The notes under the pieces are model-generated. The model ran no database searches, had not been told where the DNA came from, and was given only the letters and a program-made list of their open reading frames with translations. The position numbers and the translations under genes were made by a program. DNA of 64,000 bases from Eutreptiella sp. 'Long Island Sound 2002' (lineage: Eukaryota > Protista > Euglenida), in the NCBI GenBank assembly GCA_964036045.1, contig OZ038378.1, forward strand, positions 166,346,001-166,410,000. The letters run 5' to 3'. Position 1 is the first letter of the stretch. Every line of letters begins with the position of its first letter. Below are positions 50,401 to 59,400 of this stretch, in pieces.

Positions 50401-53400
50401 CAGGAGCACTGCCCCCAGCCCCTTGCATCCCGGCAGGAGCACTGCCCCCAGCCCCTTGCATCCCGGCAGGAGCACTGCCCCCGGCCCCTTGCATCCCGGC
50501 AGCAGCACTGCCCCCGGCCCCCTTGCATCCCGGCAGGAGCACTGCCCCCGGCCCCTTGCATCCCGGCAGCAGCACTGCCCCCGGCCCCTTGCATCCCGGC
50601 AGGAGCACTGCCCCCGGCCCCTTGCATCCCGGCAGGAGCACTGCCCCCAGCCCCTTGCATCCCGGCAGCAGCACTGCCCCCGGCCCCTTGCATCCCGGCA
50701 GGAGCACTGCCCCCGGCCCCTTGCATCCCGGCAGGAGCACTGCCCCCGGCCCCTTGCATCCCGGCAGGAGCACTGCCCCCAGCCCCTTGCATCCCGGCAG
50801 GAGCACTGCCCCCGGCCCCTTGCATCCCGGCAGGAGCACTGCCCCCGGCCCCTTGCATCCCGGCAGGAGCACTGCCCCCGGCCCCTTGCATCCCGGCAGG
50901 AGCACTGCCCCCGGCCCCTTGCATCCCGGCAGGAGCACTGCCCCCAGCCCCTTGCATCCCGGCAGGAGCACTGCCCCCGGCCCCTTGCATCCCGGCAGGA
51001 GCACTGCCCCCGGCCCCTTGCATCCCGGCAGGAGCACTGCCCCCAGCCCCTTGCATCCCGGCAGGAGCACTGCCCCCGGCCCCTTGCATCCCGGCAGGAG
51101 CACTGCCCCCGGCCCCTTGCATCCCGGCAGGAGCACTGCCCCCGGCCCCTTGCATCCCGGCAGCAGCACTGCCCCCGGCCCCTTGCATCCCGGCAGGAGC
51201 ACTGCCCCCGGCCCCTTGCATCCCGGCAGCACAGTGTCGTACAAGGTGTCGTACAGCACCAACACCGTACGACACAGTACGACATAGTACGACCGCCCTC
51301 CCCCTCTAGGCGGGTAAACGATGGCAGCGGACCGTCTTGGGGGAAGGGGGCCTTCGGCCCCCTTCCCAAATATTGGCACTTCGCGTCTACAACATGCCGA
51401 CAGTGTCTACAATTAGCAGGCCGCGTCTACCTGTGGTGCACAGTGTCTACAGACCCCAGACCGCCCTCCCCCTGTGCAGAGTGTTGCTTAATAGAAGGGG
51501 GGGGGGCAGAGTGTTGCTTAAGAGAGGGGGGGGGGGGGGGCAGAGTGTTGCTTAAGAGAGGGGGGGGGGGCAGAGTGTTGCTTAAGGCACTGTACGACGC
51601 GTCGTACAGTGTCGTACAAGGCGTCGGGGCCCGACGCGTCGGGGATGTACGACGCGTCGGGAGGTGTCGTACAAGGTGTCGGGGCCCGACGCGTCGGGGA
51701 TGTACGACGCGTCGGGAGGTGTCGGGGCCCGACGCGTCGTAAAATCCCTATTTCGACAGTAGTGGTTTTGCCACCCCACGACAGAGTCCTGTGGGCTGGC
51801 CCTACCCCTGAGACTGGAAACAGCAAAGGAACGAGGCTGTCCAGCAGTTGACCCCCCCCCCCCCTTCTCTGTCTGGGGCACCCGGTCTGGCTGTACACCC
51901 GAGACTGCCCTGCACAGCCACCATAGCATGGCTGCAGGTGAAGCTCATACAGGGGCCGCCCACAGTGGCTGAGCTTGGTGACACCATGCGTCCCCGCCCT
52001 GCCTCACCCGCTGATCCTACCACGAACTGCCCTCCACTTAAGGAGCATTCACAGTGAACCCTCCTGGTAGTGGAGTACAGGGGCGGTAGGCACAAGGATC
52101 CCACATCGGTGTCCGCTGGTCCGTTGAAACTGACGCCAGCGGTTAATGGCCAACTGTTTTGTTCACTAGGCACTGCTGGAAGGTTCGCATGTCTTCTCTG
52201 TACCAATGGCAAACTTCAAATGGATGTGTTACTGGGTGATTTGAAATTTTGTTGTGTGTAGTCCTGCCATGCCCTCCCCATGTTGTGTGTTGTGCGCATG
52301 TACTGGGGCAAGTGTACATCGACGAGAAGTTTTTTTTTGCGTTGAGGACAGGGTTGTGCTTAGTGTTTGGCCGATGGGACGGGGGTGGGTGGGTGGGTGT
52401 CCAAGCAGCCCCCCCACCGCCCTCGTGTGGGGGGTGGGATGTGTTTTGTTCTCTGGGCGCGGGGCTGGAAGTCTGGATGTGGTGCGGAGGTGCAATGCTG
52501 CTGTTGTGTTCCCATTTCATATTCACCCACTGTTTGCTGCGGTCTCCATTGCAAGGCACAGCAGGGGGTGCCATAAGGAGGCTCACCTTTTTTTTTTACT
52601 ATGGCATCCACTCTCTGATGTTTGGTGGCTATCCACCAACCGCCATCGGTTACCCACCAACCGCCATCGGTTACCCACCAACCGCCATCGGTTACCCACC
52701 AACCGCCATCGGTTACCCACCAACCGCCATCGGTTACCCACCAACCGCCATCGGTTACACACCAATCGCCATCGGTTACCCACCAACCGCCATCGGTTAC
52801 ACACCAAACGCCATCGGTTACCCACCAACCGCCATCGGTTACACACCAACCGCCATCGGTTACCCACCAACCACCATCGGCCACACCAACCGCCATCGGT
52901 TACCCACCAACCGCCATCGGTTACCCACCGGCCGCCATCGTAGGGTGTATTGGACACTCCGAGTTTTTTTTTTCCTTTTCATTACGGCACCCCCTGAGGC
53001 ACAGTATAAAATTTCTTTGTGCGTATGGGCTGTATGCAGATGACAGCGAGAGTGCACAACAACAGTGAACAGACTGCACATATGCTCCCACAATTTGAAA
53101 CCCCATCCCATGCTCGTGTATTGTGTATTGCATCGGTGGCCGGGTGGGCGGCTGGCTGTTCTACACCCCCCCCCCCCCACGGGGGGGGGGATAGGACCAT
53201 TCCGGATCCCTGGGTTTCCCCAAAATCTTGGTGGATGGATCTCCTCACCCCCCCCCCCCCAACAGAGATGCACATCCCTGGCTGAGGACTGCCCTGTCCG
53301 AAACTCTCTGACCCTGTGTTGCAATTCCACGCGTCATTCGCGTGGAGAGCACCCTCTAAATGGCACGGCTCGTGGACTGAATGCCTGGCATCGCCGTCTG

Positions 53401-56400
53401 CATTGAGACCGCCCCGCCAATCCACTCCGGTGCGCGCAGGCGGGACCGTCGACTGGGACGACGCCAGTCTGGTGGCCCATCCCGCGGACGTGTGCCAGTG
53501 CATTTATACGCCGGGGACGTACTTCTCCCGGAACGAGACCGACGCCATCACCGAGAGCCACTGCATCTGGTGCCTGCCCTCCTACGCCTGTCGGGCGGGA
53601 ATGCAGTACAAGTGCCCGGCCCACGAAATGTCCCACGGCCAGTCCTCCACGTGCATGCCCTGCCTCCCGGGCTGGAAGTGTACGTACGAGGGGGCAGAGC
53701 CGTGTCCCTACCTGACCTACATGGACCAGGTCTCGCATGCGCGCACACACGCCCACCCCAGCCCATAGCCCCACTTTGCACCCCGGTTTGTCCATGTTTC
53801 CCCCCCGTTTTCCCCCGTGTTTCCTTGCTTTTGGGGACCACGCTGATTAGCTAAGGTAAACTTGGGGCACCTGATATGCCTCTCGCTATGCACCACCTCA
53901 CTCCTTTGCCCCCCCCTTGCCCGGTCCACCAGGGCACCTCATTACAGAATTTCCCCGCTGAAGTGTGTTGGCCCCAGCCCCTCCAAACTGAACACCCGTG
54001 TGGGGGGCCTGAACAAACCTACTTGGCCTATTGCAGCCGTGATGCATTGAGCCAGACCCAGGTCCACCAGCGGTGTTTTCTTATCATGGACACCCTCACC
54101 ATTGGCAGGGTCCCAGGCTCTATGCCCAGGCACCTCGATCGGCCCGCAGACGGGGCCCCACAGGCCAAAATGGGTTGGCGGTTTTTTTGGCAGCCTCCGA
54201 CGAGCCCGCGGGCGATAACACGGGGGGCCATGTAGAGCCAAGTAGGGCCCCCTTCATGGGCCTTTCAAGGGGTGTTTTGAGGTGCTGTGCAGAATGATAG
54301 GCATGACTTGATTGGCTTACTGCGGCTGCTATGTGTCTATCGCCCCTGCCGACGTCCTGTTCAGCTTCTTCCTTCTCCATGGACCCTCTGATCAATGTCC
54401 GATCTCCAAGTACCCCTGACTGGACCCCCTATGGGGCCCCACCCGTGAGGACTTCGCGGTTTGCAGAGAGCCATGTGTTGCTGAACACTCGCAACCCCCC
54501 GGGAGGCCTTGGGGCAGCCTTGGGTCATCATTTTGCGACAATGCAGCACCAACCACAACGCTGTACCCACTTTTCTGGTGTGCGATGAAGAGCATTTTCT
54601 GCGAAGTGGACTTGCCGAAGGCAATAGAAGTTTCGAGTTTTTTTTCCGACAACTCTGGCCATCAAAAATGATAAAAAAACGCATTTGTATATCTTGATTC
54701 ATTTTGCATTGTGTTCACCCATTTCAGTTGCCAGGAGTAGGGGGCACTGGGATTTGAACCTGGGACCGGTGCATTTTGCCCCGTGGCTGACCATTCTGAA
54801 CCTGTGGCCAGGCTGGGTCCGGGTCCAGGCTGCGGCATGTGAGAAATTTGAGGTGCCCTGCCGAAGGCACTCGAATGCATTGTGCTCAGTGCAGCAGTCA
54901 TCATCGTCCAGCTCCTCATGGTCCGCGACACAATCGACAGCGGTTCCTGCTGGACAACCGCTTTGTGGGGGGTTCGAGCAGCGTGGGGTCCAGCAATTTC
55001 GTGTGTTGGGTCGTATGGCTACGTCATGAGACTCCGTGCACACCACTGCTTTGCCGTCAGGAATCCAACGACTGCAAGTTCTGCACCCCTGGTCACGAGT
55101 GTGGGGAGCTGCAGCTGCTGCCGTGCTGGCCTGGCACGTACGGGCACGGGGGTTACGAGTGCATCCAGTGCCTGCCCGGCAGCTTTAGCAATGTGTCCGG
55201 GGCTCAGTTCTGCTACAATTGTGAGCCAGGTACGCTGGTGCTCTGAAGGGGGGGGTAAGGGACTGGATCAGCTCCATGATACACTGCGTCAGAGAGTGGA
55301 CGTCGGTACTGGACCAAACTGGAATTATTTCGAGGGTTTCTGCAGCCATACAGAGGGGGGGGGGGATTTTCGTGGCACTTTAATTTCGCGTGGGAAATTT
55401 CGCGTTTCAAATTGACTGCGAAATTTCCCACGCGAAATTCAGGGTTCAAGGTACATTTTCGTGCAATGCGGGCTTTTTGCAGGGGCCATTGTCAGGAGAC
55501 TGCACGGCGTTTCTCGTGCAGGTTCACAAATTGTGCAAAAGGTGCATGCGTTTCTGGAGACATACACTCGTGGGAGGTCTGCCGTTGTGCTGATGCATTA
55601 CGATTTGGTGGCAGCCAAACGTCTCGAAGTCAGACCGTGCGATGAAGCTCAACATTAATGAGACTGTCAAATCAATCGCGCGTTGTCCAAGTTTCAATTG
55701 TTCTTCTTCTGAGTTTTGGTGTTGGTGTATTTGACAACATTCATGTGAGATGGAGGATTTTTTTTCTTGTGTGTCGTTTTTGCGATGCTCATTGTGTGTG
55801 GGGGGAGGTTTTGGCATGTCGCCTTGTGTATTGTTGTCGTCTGCAGCTGGCAGCGCCTATCGGCCAATCGCCATTCGCTGCCATTCCCTTGGGCCCATCG
55901 GCCTCCCACCGCCCTGTGTCCTTCCTGTGCCTCCTTGCCCTATCTTTCCCTTTCTACTTCCCGTTCCTTTCCCTTGGTCGGTTGTGCCAACGCAGCCCCC
56001 GGACTTTCCCTGTTCCTGTCCCCCGTTCCCTGCCGCTTGGGGGGGGGGGGGGGGTTGCATGTGCGCTGTTCCATTGCTCTTTGTGCCAGGGACGACAAAC
56101 AACTACATGAGGACCGGCTGCATCCCGTGTGGCGTGAACCATTACTCCGCCGACGGCAAGTCCTGCCCCATGTGTCCCAAGGGAACGTACACCCTCCGCG
56201 AAGGCTCGACCATTTGCCAGCAATGCTCCAACATATCGGAGGTGTGATGTGTGGGGCATGCGAACACGCGGGTGCGTGAGGCCGTTGAGAGGGGGGGTGG
56301 TCTGGGACCCCCCCCCCCCCGACTGGAGCTGAGCTGTCCAGTGAAGCTCTGCCCCCGCCGCTGGGATGCCCCAGGGCACAGCGCTGGGGCCCTGGCTGAA

Positions 56401-59400
56401 CAGGCGCAGGTGCGCAGGTGCAGCCACCGATCGGGTGTACATTCTCTGAGACACGGCCCTGAGGGCCCTCAATCTGCACCCAACTCACTGGACTCGGCCA
56501 GGCCTCTCCTTCGCCAAAACGGGCGTTTTGCAGGGGCTCGAAGTTGGAGGCGCATTTTGGGAACCCGAACTTTGTGTTGGCCTCTGGCCCACACCCCCGT
56601 GCGCGCTGGCCTGCACCGACATCCGCACGTGTTGGGCCACGCACGCTTTCGCTGGGGAGTCTGGCGCTGTTGGCGCTGAAAGATGGAATTGATACTTTGG
56701 CACACACACCCACACACCTTTGTGCGCGCGCACGCACACACACACACGTACCCCCTATTGTCATCATTGGCACCCCCAGCCGCCCCATCACCGGTTGCAT
56801 TGCCTGCAGCCCATCACCACTGCTATCCCTAGCCCAGGCAGCCTCACCCTTGCGCCGCCTTCAGTAGCCTCATCATCATGTGCAGGGCTTGGGGGCCATC
56901 TTTGTGAGAGGTGGTCCAAGTTTTTGGGGGACTGGTCAACCTGACAGTGAACTGCAAGAGTAGATGAGAGTTTGAGCTGGTAATGAGACAACTATTTATA
57001 GCTACTCTCGGTGTTATTTTTCTTCTAGGACTCGCAACACCTGCACCCATTGAAGATTTGTTTCAAGCAATAGATGGCCATGCATTGGGAGCCTATCCTC
57101 TCTCTCACACACAGACAGTTAGGCATGCACACACAAACCCGTGTGCCTGTGGCCCTTTGTAGCCCTAAAATTGCCTCCGATATCCGCACCCTTCAGTAAG
57201 TTTCATTTTTCCGTTGCTCAAAGGGAAAGGGTTGGTTATGGCTCTCTTATGGGGTGGGGCGGGGGGGGGGGGGCTTGTGCCTTTGCTGCGCATGCGCTTT
57301 GCATGAAGAATCTCACGATTGACCTCCAAGCCGAAGCCCTCCTGAGCAATGGGCTCAGGGACCACAGCTGAGGTACCCCCCCCCCCCCTTTGTAATAGCT
57401 ACGCCCTTGTAATAGCTACAGTAGGCGTAGGGACCGTATTAATTTGGTACCTAATTTTAATTCGGTACAAATGTAGTGCAGCCGCATAACACATGGGTTT
57501 GGTGACAAATTTGCCAGCTACATAGGGTCATGGACACATTTGTTGTGAGTGTTTCCCCACTTCAACCCACATAGCTCTGATTTGGGGGAAATTTGTGCAT
57601 TATATTCCCCTTGCTTGCACCAGCTCACCATGCAATCTTCTCTTTTTCAACCTGGGCGTCCAGTGATTTTCACACGTTCCACCGCTGAGCGTGTGGATGC
57701 CACAATGAAGGGGCCATCAGAGAAGGGGGACCTGTTTGCGGTGCTGGAGTACATGAAGGGTGGGCAGGTGGTCACACACCCCTGTGCCCCCCTTTCAAAA
57801 ATCGAGTTCTTCATCCAATCACCGTCCCCATCCCCGGAGCCGGAGGTGCACTCATACCATGCATTCTCTCACGTGTATGTCGGTAGTTGTATGTGTCGTG
57901 CGCAAGCCACGCCCTTGTAATAGCTACAGTAGGCGTAGGGACCGTATTAATTCTGTACTTTGGCGTAGCTATTACAAAGGGGGGGGGGGTACAGCAAAGT
58001 GGAGAAAGAGCGCAACATCCAGTGACAATCGCACCCCTTCACCATCCGCCACCCACATCACCCACGTCATAGAATGCAGACCCCTTGGCTCTGCAAGTGG
58101 CGCCATACCTTTGGACCCCCCCCCCCCCCCCAGTGCTGCAGTCTGCAAACCCCGCATGGACTCGAAGTGTGCATGTGGGTGCACCTGGTCAAAGGCACGG
58201 GCAACAGCCCGTCTCTGGGACAGCCGACCCCCGGAGTAGTCCAACAGGACAAGTCATCCAGGGGCTCCGTTGACACAACCAAAACATGTTCGGGCCCACA
58301 GAGGGTCAGAATGAGCAGTAGCGAGAGGCCAATAGGCACCACCAAAGGCAAACAATCAGACACCGAGGCCTTGTGCCAAACACCCCCCCCCCCCTCTTCA
58401 GTGATTTGGGGGAATTTATTCGGGCCTTTCGGCCGACGAACCATTTCCTCGCCCCTTCGGTGCAGGTCCAAGATTTTTCTGCGGCGCCTTTGCCGCCGAC
58501 CAAAACTCAGCGGTTCATTGGTGGTGGCTGGGGGGTCGGGACCCCCCCCCCCCCCTCCTTTGGACCCGCCTCCCCACCCCACACCACACCCTCGGCGGGC
58601 GCCTCGCATGCAGCACATGCGCACGCGGCGTAGGCGTCTCTCGTTAGGCCCAGGCCACGGCTGGGCACACAGGCCCTGCACGGCCACTCCGTTTGCCGCA
58701 TCCCGCGGTCCTCCCCTTCTCTGTTCGCACGCATGCCAGACTCACTGGATCAGTAGCGTGTGGCATCGCCCGCTCGCGCCCGCTCTCCACAGGTCATCAC
58801 CGCCAGCGTCCAGCGCAACACGCTGTATTACCACGTCAATCTGGTGCCGGATTTCTGCCTCGGACACGTTGACTTTCGGGTGACTGGGAGTCAGGGCAGT
58901 ACCTACGGCACCATCAGCAGCGGCAATATGGACGGCAGGAGCATCACATACCTCACCACCGCAGGTTTGCTGGGCTATCGGAGGCCGGCGCACGCGTACC
59001 ACATTCACGCGCTGCGTCCGGCTTCTGTGCCTTCGAGGGCTCGCCCATGGGCAGCGATGCCAGGCCAGTGCTTGGCCGGTGACTACGGGGGAGTGATGCG
59101 GCTGGTGGCTGTTGTGTGCATTCTTTGTGTTGCTCCGGCATGCCAGGCATTCGTGCACCACCAGCACTGCGGGGGCTCCAAAAGGTTCGGAGGATGGAAC
59201 GTGATGGTCATCTGGTCCCGGAGGTGTTCAGGATCGGTTGGCGGACCGTTTTCTGGTGAAGCGATGCCGCAAGCACAACGACGCTCGACCACTGCCCATC
59301 CGCCTCGGTGCCGGCCCACGGAGGTGCTCCCCAGTGCGCAGTAGCTCTGCCAAGCGCTGGGCCGCAGTGCAGAGGCACTTGCAGCATCCGTCGCAGCGCG

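Noticed and set aside
45949-51230. CRISPR array
   Set aside because: Contiguous tandem units with no unique spacers and no cas genes; eukaryotic context
45526-51742. Six 1300-1900-aa ORFs
   Set aside because: Artefact of a stop-free 33-bp satellite that is open in all frames, with frameshifting indels, inside an intron
52249-53068. GYPPTAI/QPPSVTH repeat proteins
   Set aside because: Translations of the 21-bp array inside a MITE
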